Shown: positions 38,343-50,001, counted from the stretch's first letter. The stretch: DNA of 64,000 nucleotides from an uncultured Bacteroidota bacterium (GCA_964478735.1 CAYZJB010000004.1:15480-79479); one strand, 5' to 3'. Numbers and translations: made by a program. Notes: a model not told the origin generated them from the letters alone.

Positions 38343-40723
38343 TGGAAGCGCCTTTCAGCCTCGCTGCGCTTGAATTCGACAAGCTGAAAGACACGCTGTC
38401 GAAGTACGCCCTGACGGAAATGGGCCGGGACCGCGTTAGTGTCCTTCGGCCGGTCCTTCGCAAAGAAGACGCGCTGGCCCAATTGTCGATCACGAAGGAA
38501 ATGCACGATTGTCTGGCCACCGGCGATCCTTTGCCGATCGACGGATTATCCGATCCACGGCCGTGGCTGGAAAAAATGCACGTCGCCGGACAGTTCTTCA
38601 ACACGACGGAACTTTTGAAAATCAGGAGATTTTTGGAAGTGACTCGCCGGATCAAAGTTTTTTTTAATTCGCGCCGTGAGACCTGTCCGTTGATCGGTCA
38701 GCAAACGGCCGCACTTGTCGCCATGCCGACGGAAGAGAAGCGGATCGGTGAGATCGTCGGAGACGAAGGTGAAATTTTGGATTCGGCGAGTCCGGAATTA
38801 CGCCGCATTCGTCGGGAGCTCGAGTCGACAAGCCATCAGCTCCGGAAAAAAATCGAAACGTTGGCCCGTTCGTACGTGAGCCAGGGCTATGCGCACGAGG
38901 CGCTGGTGACGGTGCGCGACGGACGCATGGTCATACCCGTTAAAGACGAATACAAAAACACGATCCGCGGTTTCGTGCACGATGCATCGGCGAGCGGACA
39001 GACGGTCTATATCGAACCGACGGAGGCGCTCGAACTCAACAACGCGGTCCGGACCCTTCAGTACCGTGAAGTACGAGAAATTGAACGAATTCTGCTCGAG
39101 ATCAGCAATCAATTGCGCGAGCGGCACGACGCGTTGACGGGTAACGCCGAGGTTATGGCGGAATTCGATTTTGCTTACGCGAAGGGCCGTCTGGCTCAGG
39201 TGTTACACGGCATCGTTCCGGTTGTACGTGACGACGGAGTATTGATCCTCCGGCGAGGGCAACATCCGTTGCTCTTGCTGAAAGAGTTGGCAAGACCGGA
39301 ACGCGAACGTCGTCCGGTCGTTCCGCTCGACTTTGAACTGGGGCGTCCCGATCGCCTGGTCATCATTTCCGGTCCGAATGCCGGCGGTAAAACCGTGGCC
39401 TTGAAGACGATCGGCCTGTTTGTGTTGATGACCCAGTGCGGTTTGCTGATCCCGTCCGCCGAAGATTCCGAAGTCAGCGTGTTTCACCGTGTGCTGGCCG
39501 ATATCGGCGATGAACAGAGCATCGAAAACGATCTCTCCACGTTTTCTTCGCACGTCAAAAATCTCGCGTCGATGACCCGCACGGTCGATCCGCTGACCCT
39601 GATCCTGATCGACGAACTGGGGAGCGGTACCGATCCGCGAGAAGGCGCGGCACTGTCGGTCGCGTTTTTGAACCATGTGCTTGCGTGCAAAGCCGCCGGC
39701 GTCGTTACCACGCACCACGGCGAATTGAAGGTGTACGCCCATGAGACGCCCGGCGTGACCAACGGCTCCATGGAGTTCGATCGGGCCACGCTGGCTCCTA
39801 CGTACGTGTACCGTCCCGGGATTCCGGGCAGCAGCTATGCCTTTGAAATTGCTCGCCGGATGGGCCTCGATGAACGATTGATCGAGGAAGCGCGGCACGT
39901 TGCCGGTCAGGAGTCGTTGAAACTTGACAATTTGATCAACGATTTACAGCAGCGGTTGATCCGCCACGAGCAAATGGTGCAGGAGCTGAGCCGTGAAAAA
40001 TCTCGGCTCGAAGGGCTGTCGAAATTCTACGACGTCAGGGCGCGTGAACTCAAACAAAAGGAACAAAAAGCCCGTAAGGAGTTGCTGGCCGAACGCGAAA
40101 AAATATTGCGCCAGGCGAATCGCGACATTGAAGAATGGATCCGTCGGATTCGCGAAAGCCAGGCCGACAGCGCCACGATCCAATCCTCGCGGGAGTTTTT
40201 GAAGCGCACGCGTACGGAGATTCAAACGGTCGAATCGGAGATCGAAAAGTCGTCGGAGCCCGTTGAGGAATTTCATCCGAAGCCCGGCGACCGGGTTTCC
40301 ATTCGCGGGATGGATGTCGAGGGTACCGTTCTTTCCGAACCGGACCGCCACCGTCAGGTTACCGTAGCGGCCGGTTCTCTGCAAATCAAGGTCAGTGTAT
40401 CCCAGTTGCGCCCGGCGCCCGCGGCGGTAAAAGCCGTGGGGGTCAAAGAAAAAATCGATTGGGATTCGGCAGCCGTCGGCCATGAGATCGATTTACGCGG
40501 CTTAACGGCAGAGGAAGCGCTTTACGAAACCGACAAATACATTTCGGACGCGCATGCGCTCGGCCTGCAGCGGGTGTCGCTGATCCACGGCAAGGGCGAA
40601 GGGATTCTGCGGCGCAAAATCAATGAGTTTTTGAAGAAAAATCCCCGCGTAGAAAATTTCCGTCTTGGACAATGGGGAGAGGGAGATACGGGAGTCACGA
40701 TCGTCGAACTCAAAGGCGATTGA
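38342..40723 (+). CDS. mutS2: endonuclease MutS2 (MutS domain + C-terminal Smr)
   Basis: Walker A ISGPNAGGKTV, DELGSGTDP, coiled-coil linker, Smr domain at C-terminus (LRGLTAEEAL...LIHGKGEGILR). Confidence 0.9.
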   Translation: MEAPFSLAALEFDKLKDTLSKYALTEMGRDRVSVLRPVLRKEDALAQLSITKEMHDCLATGDPLPIDGLSDPRPWLEKMHVAGQFFNTTELLKIRRFLEVTRRIKVFFNSRRETCPLIGQQTAALVAMPTEEKRIGEIVGDEGEILDSASPELRRIRRELESTSHQLRKKIETLARSYVSQGYAHEALVTVRDGRMVIPVKDEYKNTIRGFVHDASASGQTVYIEPTEALELNNAVRTLQYREVREIERILLEISNQLRERHDALTGNAEVMAEFDFAYAKGRLAQVLHGIVPVVRDDGVLILRRGQHPLLLLKELARPERERRPVVPLDFELGRPDRLVIISGPNAGGKTVALKTIGLFVLMTQCGLLIPSAEDSEVSVFHRVLADIGDEQSIENDLSTFSSHVKNLASMTRTVDPLTLILIDELGSGTDPREGAALSVAFLNHVLACKAAGVVTTHHGELKVYAHETPGVTNGSMEFDRATLAPTYVYRPGIPGSSYAFEIARRMGLDERLIEEARHVAGQESLKLDNLINDLQQRLIRHEQMVQELSREKSRLEGLSKFYDVRARELKQKEQKARKELLAEREKILRQANRDIEEWIRRIRESQADSATIQSSREFLKRTRTEIQTVESEIEKSSEPVEEFHPKPGDRVSIRGMDVEGTVLSEPDRHRQVTVAAGSLQIKVSVSQLRPAPAAVKAVGVKEKIDWDSAAVGHEIDLRGLTAEEALYETDKYISDAHALGLQRVSLIHGKGEGILRRKINEFLKKNPRVENFRLGQWGEGDTGVTIVELKGD

Positions 40724-41278
40724 TCACTCGTCCCAGAGGCCCTTGAAATAGCTTTCGTAAAATCCATTGACGCGTTCCACCAGCGCTTCCTCATCAGGAG
40801 GATCGGTATTCATCTGGCGGGCTTCTCTGAGAAAATGCGCGTACGCCTGCACGTCGTCGATCAACAATTGAACTTCGGGTTCGAGTTCGTTGCTGTATTC
40901 GACCGCGAGATCCGCCAGCGACGAAATGAAATACGGGCCGTCGATTTCATCGAAGAGATACCGTTCGATAAGTTTTCGCAGCGATCGGCGGAGAACGCGT
41001 TTGCGGTCTTTTTCAGATGGAACACTGTCGCCTGATATGTACTCGCGCATCCGGTAAATATAATCGCGCGTCAACTGAGCATCGTCCTTCGAGGAAATGT
41101 CGAGCAAATATTTTTCGATGTAATTTTTTCGCCCCTTTTTATGGCTTGCGACCATCAACATGGGGATGACGGCGTTTTTCAAATCTTTGGGCGAAACAAA
41201 ACCCAGCAGGAACTGATCCAGAAGGCGGATCATGTCCTTTTTTAGACTGCCGCGAGACCCCGACGTTCGTTTTTCCAT
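40724..41278 (-). CDS. hypothetical protein
   Basis: GAGGA SD 6 nt upstream of ATG 41278; convergent with mutS2 with zero spacer. Confidence 0.5.
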   Translation of the reverse strand: MEKRTSGSRGSLKKDMIRLLDQFLLGFVSPKDLKNAVIPMLMVASHKKGRKNYIEKYLLDISSKDDAQLTRDYIYRMREYISGDSVPSEKDRKRVLRRSLRKLIERYLFDEIDGPYFISSLADLAVEYSNELEPEVQLLIDDVQAYAHFLREARQMNTDPPDEEALVERVNGFYESYFKGLWDE

Positions 41279-41297
41279 CGGTTCCTCATTTTTGTTT

Positions 41298-42305
41298 TTA
41301 CGGGCGCCAGATCGGATAATAGGAACGATTGTCATCGATCAACCGGCGCGACTGGGTGCCGTCACGGTTCATGATGTAAATATATCCTCTTCCCGACAGG
41401 GTTCGAACGGCATAGACAATTTGTTGACCATCCGGTGACCACGCCGGGTCATAGTTAAACCCGCTGGTGGTCAGAGTGTCCAGGCCGGAGCCGTCGGGAT
41501 TGATCGTATAGATCTGGACCGAGTCGATTCCGTTCCGCCATAACGTCGAATAAAAAGAAATCTTGTCGCCGGATGGGGAAAACCTCGGCCGTGCATTGAT
41601 CGAGGCGCCGTTCTGAACCAGCGGCGCCTTCCCGGAACCGTCAAAATTCATGATCCAGATCTCTTCGGCATTGCCGTTTTTTTGTGTATAGAGGATTTTG
41701 GATCCGTCCGGTGAGAACGACGGATAACAGTTGACATCGATCGGGCTGGATGCATCGGTCAATGCAAACGGGATCGTATCTCCGGTGAGGCTGTCCGAGA
41801 TCGCGGTAATGAATATTTTAAAAATACTATCACGATTCGAAATGTACACCATCCGGTTTGATTCGCTGTGCCAATCGGGGCGCATGTTGAGCGTGGTGAA
41901 GACGTTTCCCAAAGTATCGACGACGACGGGACTGTAGGTAACGCGGCGAATGGCCGATTCAAGCGTTCTCGTGCTGTCCATGTTACGGATGTAAATATTG
42001 CTGTGCGTGATGACGCCGCCCTGGACCAGTTGTAAGTCGACATACGCGAATTTCCGACCGTCGTGCGACCACGTCGGATCGATGGCGCCGTACGGGCCAA
42101 ATAATGCCCCCGTTACCACGTTGATAATCGGATCGAACGTCGTGTCAAAAACGGCGTACACCTGAGGTAAACCTTCCGATTCTGATACAAAAAGGAGGTC
42201 AATCTGGTTTTTTGACAGATCCACAGTTATGATTTCGATCGTATCGCCATCGCATGCGGGGAGCACGAGGATCCAAGCGGTCGTAAGAATTCGAAAATAC
42301 TTCAT
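41298..42305 (-). CDS. TolB-like / PD40 beta-propeller lipoprotein
   Basis: lipobox LVLPAC; repeated PD40 motifs (FSPDGSKILY, WSPDGQQIVY, PRFSPSGDKISF). Confidence 0.7.
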   Translation of the reverse strand: MKYFRILTTAWILVLPACDGDTIEIITVDLSKNQIDLLFVSESEGLPQVYAVFDTTFDPIINVVTGALFGPYGAIDPTWSHDGRKFAYVDLQLVQGGVITHSNIYIRNMDSTRTLESAIRRVTYSPVVVDTLGNVFTTLNMRPDWHSESNRMVYISNRDSIFKIFITAISDSLTGDTIPFALTDASSPIDVNCYPSFSPDGSKILYTQKNGNAEEIWIMNFDGSGKAPLVQNGASINARPRFSPSGDKISFYSTLWRNGIDSVQIYTINPDGSGLDTLTTSGFNYDPAWSPDGQQIVYAVRTLSGRGYIYIMNRDGTQSRRLIDDNRSYYPIWRP

Positions 42306-42314
42306 GAACGTCCT

Positions 42315-43613
42315 TTAGGGTTTGAGTCGATGGATCATGCGCGGGAAAGGGATGGCCTCGCGAAGGTGCTGGATGCCGCAAATCCATGAGACCGTCCGTT
42401 CAACGCCAAGACCGAAACCGGCATGGGGAACGGAGCCGTACCGGCGAAGGTCAAGGTACCAATCGAATGCATCCAGGGGGAGGTTGTGTTCCTTGATGCG
42501 ATGAACCAGCGTGTCGTAATTGTCTTCTCGTTGACTGCCGCCGATGATTTCTCCGTAACCTTCCGGCGCGAGAATATCCATGGCCAGCGCTTTGTCGGGT
42601 TCATGGGGGTCCCGTTTCATATAAAACGCTTTGATGGCGGCCGGATAGTGATGAACGATGACGGGCCGGTCGAACTTTTCTGAAATCGCGGCTTCATCGG
42701 GCGCGCCAAAATCGCTGCCGCTCTCGAATGGCAAACCGGATTCGCGAATGATCTTGACGGCCTCATCATAATGCACTTTGGGGAACGGAGCTCTGACGTT
42801 CTGAAGTTTGGACGTATCACGTTCCAGAATGCTTAATTCGGCCGCCCGGTCCCGCAAAACGGTTTGCACGACATACTCGAGAAACGCCTCGGCCAGTTCC
42901 ATGTTTGCCTGCAAATCGGCATACGCCACTTCCGGCTCGACCATCCAGAATTCCGTCAAATGGCGCCGTGTCTTTGATTTTTCCGCGCGGAACGTGGGTC
43001 CAAAGCAATAAACTTTTCCGAACGCCATGGCTCCCGCCTCGGCGTAAAGTTGCCCGCTCTGCGTCAGATAGGCCTTGCCGTCGAAATAATTCGTTTCGAA
43101 CAACGTCGATGTGCCTTCACAGGCGGCTGGCGTAAAGATCGGCGTGTCCAGCAGGGTAAAACCCCGGCCATCGAAAAAGTCGCGGATTGCTTTGATGACG
43201 GCATGGCGGATGCGGAGGATCGCAAACTGGTTTTTCGAACGCAGCCAGAGATGGCGATGGTCGAGCAAAAATTCCGGTCCGTGTTCTTTCGGCGTAATCG
43301 GATAGTCGATAGCCACCTGTACCGGTTCGATTTTGACGACTTGAATTTCGTAGCCGTTGGGTGCACGGTCATCCTTGTGGATTTTGCCGTGTACGAGCAG
43401 TGACGATTCCTGGGTCAGCGACTCTGCGGCGGTAACCGACTCGGCGTCTACTGACGGTTTAAATACGGTACACTGAATAATCTGGGAACCGTCGCGAACC
43501 AGTAGAAAAATCAATTTGCCGCTCGATCGTTTATGATAAAGCCAGCCTTTGATCGTGATGTCGGTACCGTCGGCAACCTTGTGTGAGAAAATGTCGTCGA
43601 TGTATATGTACAT
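42315..43613 (-). CDS. asnS: asparagine--tRNA ligase
   Basis: class IIb aaRS: OB-fold N-domain, motif 2 [23 protein letters not shown], motif 3 [10 protein letters not shown]; 432 aa. Confidence 0.75.
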   Translation of the reverse strand: MYIYIDDIFSHKVADGTDITIKGWLYHKRSSGKLIFLLVRDGSQIIQCTVFKPSVDAESVTAAESLTQESSLLVHGKIHKDDRAPNGYEIQVVKIEPVQVAIDYPITPKEHGPEFLLDHRHLWLRSKNQFAILRIRHAVIKAIRDFFDGRGFTLLDTPIFTPAACEGTSTLFETNYFDGKAYLTQSGQLYAEAGAMAFGKVYCFGPTFRAEKSKTRRHLTEFWMVEPEVAYADLQANMELAEAFLEYVVQTVLRDRAAELSILERDTSKLQNVRAPFPKVHYDEAVKIIRESGLPFESGSDFGAPDEAAISEKFDRPVIVHHYPAAIKAFYMKRDPHEPDKALAMDILAPEGYGEIIGGSQREDNYDTLVHRIKEHNLPLDAFDWYLDLRRYGSVPHAGFGLGVERTVSWICGIQHLREAIPFPRMIHRLKP

Positions 43614-43627
43614 AAGGCCCTTCTGTT

Positions 43628-45028
43628 TTAACGGATGACCCGGAGTTCATTTTGATAGCTCGGATTGTTGTACTCGCCGCGGGCATTGGAGTGGATGAGT
43701 TTGAGGCTGCTGGATCCCGCCGTTTCTGCAAATACGAATAGCGTTTGGGTCGGTTGGTTCGGCAATTGCAAGTAATACCAGATCTGGTAGGGAATCACGT
43801 CCTGCTCAAATTCATGTTTTTCGATCTGAGCCGGTGGGCCATAGGTTATGTAGATACGGCCCATGTCGGATTTCCAGCCCGGTACGTTGGGTGAACTGAA
43901 CCGCTGCTCAGCCTCATCGAATCGGCGATAGTATTCGATCAGCTGTTCATTCGTTTTGGTACCGGGCGAGGGGTCGCGGTCTTTCCAGAACCGATCCAAA
44001 AATTCACGTTTGCCGGCAAGGTCCAGTTTGTCGTAAATCTTCTTTTCGTCCTGTTTGCCGATATACGAAATGATATAACCGGCCCGCTCGGCGCTTTTTT
44101 CGTCCAGAGTACTGAAATAAGATTCCTCGCTTTTGATCTCATCAAACGATTCGCCTTCACGAAAGACGACAAAAAGTTCGTTGCTCTGAGTCTGTTTTTT
44201 CGAATCCAAATCGGTGACCCGAACGGTCAATTGATACCGGCCTGTTTTAAACCCGATTACCGGGATGGAATGGAGGATCACCGCCGTACTGCCGGCTTTA
44301 TTCTGTACTTTGGCAGGATATTCCTTGATCACGCTTCCGGACTCGTCCGTGATGATATACTCGAGCTGATACGTTCCGGGCGACTCTGATTTATATTCCA
44401 AATTATAAACTTCGGCATACAGGAAAAGCCGCGGTAAATTGGATCCGAAAAATTTGGACGGATTGGGATATACGGTCATCCCATTTTTGACGAACATTTC
44501 TTCGGCGTTTCCACCCTTATAAATTTGCGATGCGAGTTCGATATGACTGGTCATGAGATCGTTACCGGAATAATCGGACACGTTGATCGATTCGGTAAAC
44601 CGGCCGTACCGGCTGGTATCCGAGATGTCCCGTAGAATGACCGTCGCCTTGTACAAGCCGGGTTTCAGTGCAAAATTATTTTCAAAGATCAACGGGACAT
44701 CTTTTGTTGAGTCCACCGCAACGTCTCCCTGAATCGTTGACGACCAACTCCTTTCAAAGACATTGGTTGCATCCTTTGTATCCTGCATGTGCAGGGCCAC
44801 GACGTAAGAAGCCGCCGGGCCTTTTTCCGTCTCGACAAATTTGAATGCACTGCGCTGGACGAAGAAATGAAGCTGTAAATAGGTAAGATCGGGTTGATTC
44901 AGCATTTTGAAGCAACTGGCGTCGACGTAAAATTCAATCGGACCTTCGCTCTGATTGCCGGGCGACCCGGCAAAAGCCGTCCCGCAATATATCGCGAGAC
45001 CCAGCAACAACATGACCGTGCGTTTCAT
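43628..45028 (-). CDS. GWxTD-domain secreted protein (paralog of 34061-35380)
   Basis: signal peptide; ...FWKDRDPSP...[12 protein letters not shown]...[16 protein letters not shown]...YQIWYY. Confidence 0.7.
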   Translation of the reverse strand: MKRTVMLLLGLAIYCGTAFAGSPGNQSEGPIEFYVDASCFKMLNQPDLTYLQLHFFVQRSAFKFVETEKGPAASYVVALHMQDTKDATNVFERSWSSTIQGDVAVDSTKDVPLIFENNFALKPGLYKATVILRDISDTSRYGRFTESINVSDYSGNDLMTSHIELASQIYKGGNAEEMFVKNGMTVYPNPSKFFGSNLPRLFLYAEVYNLEYKSESPGTYQLEYIITDESGSVIKEYPAKVQNKAGSTAVILHSIPVIGFKTGRYQLTVRVTDLDSKKQTQSNELFVVFREGESFDEIKSEESYFSTLDEKSAERAGYIISYIGKQDEKKIYDKLDLAGKREFLDRFWKDRDPSPGTKTNEQLIEYYRRFDEAEQRFSSPNVPGWKSDMGRIYITYGPPAQIEKHEFEQDVIPYQIWYYLQLPNQPTQTLFVFAETAGSSSLKLIHSNARGEYNNPSYQNELRVIR

Positions 45029-45037
45029 AGTGGTTCC

Positions 45038-45610
45038 TTACGCCTTTTGAACGGTTTGATATATTCTTTTGATAAGCGCGAGTTGCCCTTCGCCGGAAAC
45101 CGAGGAGTAATGCACGATATCGCCGAACGTCTTCTTCAGCAGGTCCAGATGACGGGCACGCTGCGATGGCCGAACTCGGTCGATTTTGCCGGCGACCGTG
45201 ATCGTCACGATGCCGGTCTGCCCTAACCATTCCCTGAGCTGCATGTCCGACGATTGTGGCGCCAGGCTGCCATCGATAAGATGTATGATGGATTTGGGAA
45301 CCCGGTGTTGGAAGCACCATTCATCGACCATGCGGCGCCACGCCGTGCGCAGCTTCGGTCCCGATTTGGCAAAACCGTATCCCGGGACGTCGACAAGCCA
45401 AAACGTTTGGTCGACAAGGTAGTAGTTCAAGGATTGCGTCTTTCCCGGTGTTTTGCTGACGCGTGCGATTTTTTTTCCTGCCAGCGAATTGATCATCGAT
45501 GATTTTCCGACATTGGATCGGCCGAAAAGCGCGATTTCGGCCACCGCATCCTGCGGCAATTGCTCCAATTTATAATAACTTCCCACGAATTCGCACGATT
45601 CAAACGTCAC
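45038..45610 (-). CDS. engB: ribosome biogenesis GTP-binding protein EngB/YihA
   Basis: GRSNVGKSSMINSL G1, LVDVPGYGF G3, 190 aa. Confidence 0.85.
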   Translation of the reverse strand: MTFESCEFVGSYYKLEQLPQDAVAEIALFGRSNVGKSSMINSLAGKKIARVSKTPGKTQSLNYYLVDQTFWLVDVPGYGFAKSGPKLRTAWRRMVDEWCFQHRVPKSIIHLIDGSLAPQSSDMQLREWLGQTGIVTITVAGKIDRVRPSQRARHLDLLKKTFGDIVHYSSVSGEGQLALIKRIYQTVQKA

Positions 45611-45615
45611 GGCGG

Positions 45616-47016
45616 TTAAATGTGAATCGCTTCTCCGTACGCGTTCAATACCGCTTCCATCATCGATTCCGACAGCGTCGGGTGGGCGTGAACGGTATGG
45701 GCAAATTCCTTGTGCGTGGCCTCCATGGTTTTGGCGATGCCGAACTCGGCAATCATTTCCGTGGCCTCGCTGCCGAGGATGTGCGCGCCGAGGAGTTCAC
45801 CGTACTTGGCGTCAAAAATAACTTTGACAAAGCCGTCCCGTTCACCGATGGCACGGGCCTTCCCGCTGGCCGAAAATGGAAACTTGCCGACTTTGATGGT
45901 ATATCCTTTTTCTTTCGCTTTCTTTTCCGTGAGACCGATGCTTGCGACTTGTGGCTGGCAATAAGTACATCCGGGAATCGAATCGTAGTCGACCGGATGA
46001 GTATCTTTGCCGGCGATTTTTTCGACGCAAACGATGCCTTCATGTTCGGCAACGTGCGCCAGCCAGGGTGCGCCGATGATGTCACCGATGGCGTATACGC
46101 CCGGCACGTTAGTCTTTCCGAATCCGTCCACTTTGATCCATCCTTTTTCGGTCGTGACGCCAATTTTCTCGAGACCGATGTTTTCGATATTGCCCTGCAC
46201 GCCGATGGCAACCAGGCACTGATCGGCCTCCAACGTCTTTTTACCGTCCTTCGACGATACCGCGATTTTGACGCCTTTGCCGGACGTGTCGACGGATTCG
46301 ACCCTGGTGTCCGTCAGGATATCCATGCCTTTTTTGGCAAAAATTTTGGTCAACGCCTGCGACACTTCTTCATCTTCGACCGGCAGGATCGTCGGCAGCA
46401 TTTCCACGACGGTAACTTTAACGCCAAATACATTGAAGAAATAAGCGAACTCGATTCCGATGGCTCCGGCCCCAATGACGATGATCGACTTCGGCAAGTC
46501 CGTATTCAACATCGCCTCGGTACTCGTCAAAATTTTCTTTCCGTCGGCTTTCAGATTTGGCAGCATCCGCGCCCGTGCTCCGGTGGCAATAATGATGTGC
46601 TTCCCTTTAACCTGAAACAATTCCTTCCCCGAAGGATCTTTGACACTGAGCGTGCTTTTGTCGATGAAGGATCCCGTACCTTTCAGAACGTCGATTTTGT
46701 TTTTCTTCATCAGGAAATCGCCGCCTTTGGAATTGGCATCGGCAACGTCCCGGCTGCGTTTGATAATGGCTTTGTAATCGAATTTGAGATTGTCATAGGA
46801 GAAACCGAAGTCGGAAGCATGTTTAAAATGTTCGTAGATTTCCGCATTTTTGAGAAGCGCCTTAGTCGGGATACAACCGATATTGACACACACTCCGCCG
46901 ATTTTTTCACGCTCGACGACCGCAGTTTTGAACCCGAGTTGCGCCGCACGAATCGCGGCCACATAACCGCCCGGTCCGCCTCCGAGTATAACCACGTCAA
47001 AACTCTTCGTCTCCAT
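45616..47016 (-). CDS. lpdA: dihydrolipoyl dehydrogenase
   Basis: GGGPGGYVAAIRAAQLG FAD motif, redox CVNIGCIPTK, NAD GAGAIGIEFA, HAHPT C-terminal. Confidence 0.9.
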   Translation of the reverse strand: METKSFDVVILGGGPGGYVAAIRAAQLGFKTAVVEREKIGGVCVNIGCIPTKALLKNAEIYEHFKHASDFGFSYDNLKFDYKAIIKRSRDVADANSKGGDFLMKKNKIDVLKGTGSFIDKSTLSVKDPSGKELFQVKGKHIIIATGARARMLPNLKADGKKILTSTEAMLNTDLPKSIIVIGAGAIGIEFAYFFNVFGVKVTVVEMLPTILPVEDEEVSQALTKIFAKKGMDILTDTRVESVDTSGKGVKIAVSSKDGKKTLEADQCLVAIGVQGNIENIGLEKIGVTTEKGWIKVDGFGKTNVPGVYAIGDIIGAPWLAHVAEHEGIVCVEKIAGKDTHPVDYDSIPGCTYCQPQVASIGLTEKKAKEKGYTIKVGKFPFSASGKARAIGERDGFVKVIFDAKYGELLGAHILGSEATEMIAEFGIAKTMEATHKEFAHTVHAHPTLSESMMEAVLNAYGEAIHI

Positions 47017-47127
47017 GCCAATCCTCTTGATTAGGTGATGTATAAATAGTAGTTTAGCTCGTGTTTGAGGATTAGCAAACTACTTAAACGGTCAGACATA
47101 ATCAATTTTTTTTAGGCCGGAGACAAC

Positions 47128-47346
47128 ATGCCTATCTATGAGTTTAAGTGCCGTAAGTGTAAGACAACTTTTCAGGACCTATTTTCCAGTTCGGCGATCG
47201 ACGTGGATGCGGTCGTCTGTCCCGAGTGCGGGGAAAGGCAGGCCGACAAACTCCTGTCCGTCTTTGCGTCCGACGTGAAATCTTCCGATCAGGCGACCAT
47301 GCCCGCCGCAGCGTGCGGTCCGCACTGCGCCTGCCATCCGGCATAG
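47128..47346 (+). CDS. FmdB-family zinc-ribbon protein
   Basis: MPIYEFKCRKCKTTF...CPECGE two CxxC pairs. Confidence 0.7.
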   Translation: MPIYEFKCRKCKTTFQDLFSSSAIDVDAVVCPECGERQADKLLSVFASDVKSSDQATMPAAACGPHCACHPA

Positions 47347-47551
47347 GCTGCAAACAGTACGACGACCCGCCTTCTATCACAATGCCCTAATGGGGTAACC
47401 CACCGACTTAGCTATCCCTCCTCTGACGTCCACCGTTTAACCAAATTTGGGTATTGTGGTTTCATGCATGACTCTGTATCGTGGTAGCGTTACGATAGGT
47501 TGCTGGTGGTGGTGAATTCCGTAATGGCGCAATCGAATTGGGGGGGATTCG

Positions 47552-48378
47552 TTGTTTGGTATCGAAAAAATACGATGCGGCCCTGAAGGCGTTTCAATCG
47601 GCGCTGAAGTAAAATCCAAAGGACGCGTATGCGGCCGTACGTGCCGACCATTCCGCGCAGGCCATGGGGCAATATCAACAATCGCTGGAATTCTACGATC
47701 AGGCGGAGCAATCAGATACTGGCCCAACGCGGTATTTTTTCGCCGTGCACGGGTCCATGCTTTGCTTAAGAACAAAGAAGCGGCGTTCGACTGGCTCCAT
47801 AGACTCGTTCAGGCCGTCTTTCCCAACGCGGGAATGCTGAAAGCCGAAAAAGATCTCGATGTTGTCCGAGAGGACAAGCGATTTGCTGCGGTGCTGGCTA
47901 AAGCCGATTCCAATTCTCGTCCCTGCATGTACGTTCCCGAGTGGAGGCAGTTCGACTTCTGGATTGGAGAGTGGATGTCTACACGCCGCAGGGACAACTG
48001 GCCGGAAACAATGTCATCCAAAACGCAGAAGCCGGTTGTCTGTTGATCGAAAACTGGGCGGGCAGTCTCGGCGGTACCGGCAAGAGCATTAATTTTTACG
48101 ACAAAGAAATGGGGAAGTGGCGTCAGATCTGGGTGGGCAACAACGGCACGATCACGGAGTTTGCCGGCAGTTATGACGAAAAAGAACGGATTATGAAGTT
48201 GTACGGAGAAACTCAGCCTCGCAGTGGTACAAAAATTTTACGTAAACTATTTTTCTATAATCTCGCGCCGGGCAAAGTTCGTCAATACTCCGAACAGTCC
48301 ACGGACGACGGTAAAACGTGGACGGTCGCGTACGATTTTACCTACATCCTGAAAACATCCGCAATGGATGCGAAATAA
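47552..48378 (+). pseudogene. decayed gene: TPR-like N-region fused to a ~150 aa secreted-domain paralog of 48394-48903, with at least 3 frameshifts
   Basis: FDFWIGEW then frame jump to DVYTPQGQ... (one G missing in GGG run at about 47965); upstream TPR-like fragments in two other frames; G7 homopolymer at about 47535. Confidence 0.5.
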
Positions 48379-48393
48379 AATATCGGAGGTACA

Positions 48394-48903
48394 ATGTTGA
48401 TTCGATGCATGATCTTATGTCTCGCCATGTTCGGCAAGATGGCGGCCCAGAATGCCTCGCCCTGTGCCGATCCGGAAGCGTCCCAGTTTGACTTCTGGGT
48501 CGGAGAATGGGATCTCACGTGGGATGACGGAAAAGGCGGGATCGCAACGGGTAAAAATATTATTGAAAAAATCCTTGGATGCGTGATTTCGGAAAACTTC
48601 GAAGATCCCGGTTCGGGGTTTGCCGGTAAAAGCTATTCTCTTTTCGATCAGAAATCCGGGTCGTGGAAACAGACGTGGGTGGACAACGCCGGTTCGTACC
48701 TCGATTTCGACGGCAGATTTGCCGACGGAAAGATGGTTCTGACACGGTCGTTCAAATCGAAGGATGGCAAAGATACGATGCAGCGCATGGTCTGGTATAA
48801 TATTCAGCCCCATTCTCTGGATTGGAACTGGGAGGCATCCACCGACGGCGGTAAAACGTGGAAATTGAACTGGGAAATTCACTATGAACGCAAAAAGGAC
48901 TGA
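48394..48903 (+). CDS. secreted hypothetical protein (intact paralog of the preceding pseudogene domain)
   Basis: signal peptide; FDFWVGEWDLTW...WKQTWVDN...GKTWKLNWE conserved with upstream copy. Confidence 0.6.
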   Translation: MLIRCMILCLAMFGKMAAQNASPCADPEASQFDFWVGEWDLTWDDGKGGIATGKNIIEKILGCVISENFEDPGSGFAGKSYSLFDQKSGSWKQTWVDNAGSYLDFDGRFADGKMVLTRSFKSKDGKDTMQRMVWYNIQPHSLDWNWEASTDGGKTWKLNWEIHYERKKD

Positions 48904-48956
48904 AACAAAAGTCGGTAAGGGGTCGTTTAAACCTCCATACGAACCGGAGGTACGAC

Positions 48957-49847
48957 ATGAAAACCCTGTGGCTCCTTGCGTTTGGATTGCTCGTCGGAGC
49001 GGCCCGTGCAGGTGAAAAAACTTTTGAGAAAAAATTTACTGTTTCGTCAGGCGGGATACTGAAAATTAAAACGGACGTCGGCAGTATCCGCGTGACGGGG
49101 GCGAAGAACGACGAAGTGTCCATCACGGCCAATGTCTGGGGAAACGACGACGAGGTCGAACGGTTTGAATTCGAAGCCGTCCAAACGAGTTCCGGCGTTG
49201 AAGTCTATGGACGAGTCAATCGGGGACGCTGGTTTAAATGGAGCTCGCGCCTCGGAGCGGATTTTGTCATTACGGTCCCACGAGACTACAACCTGCTGAT
49301 GGAGACGGCCGGCGGCAATCTCGAAGTCACGGATCTGCGCGGCCGTGTCGACGGTCAAACGTCGGGAGGCAACATCGATTTACAGAACATCGCCGGCAAC
49401 ATCACGCTGGGAACGTCGGGCGGTAATCTGAGGGCTGAAAAAATCACGGGCAACCTTCGGATGGAAACGTCCGGTGGAAACGTTCGCATTTCTGAAGTTC
49501 TCGGCGACGTGGAGGCCAGCACGTCCGGCGGGCACATCAAGGTCCTCGACGTCGAGGGTAAGGTCAATGTCTCAACGTCCGGTGGACATATCGACGTAGG
49601 CGTCAAAAACAAACATCACGGGATCCATGCGGAAACCTCCGGCGGAACGATCACCATTTCCGTTCCGCGCAACATAGCCGCCAACCTTGACCTTCATACC
49701 TCCGGCGGAGAAGTCGATTGCCGGCTTCCAATTACCATCGAGGGAAAGATCAGCGACTCGAAAGTACGTGGAACGTTAAACGGAGGCGGTCAACTCATTT
49801 ACGCCTATACGTCCGGAGGGGACGTCCGTATCCATCCTGTCGATTGA
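48957..49847 (+). CDS. DUF4097-like beta-helical putative adhesin
   Basis: signal peptide; 8+ repeats of TSGGNI/TSGGHI-x-V every ~20 aa; GGAGG SD. Confidence 0.65.
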   Translation: MKTLWLLAFGLLVGAARAGEKTFEKKFTVSSGGILKIKTDVGSIRVTGAKNDEVSITANVWGNDDEVERFEFEAVQTSSGVEVYGRVNRGRWFKWSSRLGADFVITVPRDYNLLMETAGGNLEVTDLRGRVDGQTSGGNIDLQNIAGNITLGTSGGNLRAEKITGNLRMETSGGNVRISEVLGDVEASTSGGHIKVLDVEGKVNVSTSGGHIDVGVKNKHHGIHAETSGGTITISVPRNIAANLDLHTSGGEVDCRLPITIEGKISDSKVRGTLNGGGQLIYAYTSGGDVRIHPVD

Positions 49848-50001
49848 TCGATCGGATTTTACAGGACTGCCCAAAGAGGCATCTTGCCGTATTGCTGAAT
49901 ACGGCGTGGCTTGTTCGGCAGCCCTTTCTGTTTGTCCATCCATTTGCGTTTCAGACTCTAAAGCTACATTATTGTAGTTAATAAATAATTTTTGGGGTTC
50001 G

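Noticed and set aside
45499-47034. 511 aa plus-strand ORF
   Set aside because: Antisense to lpd, which has unmistakable motifs
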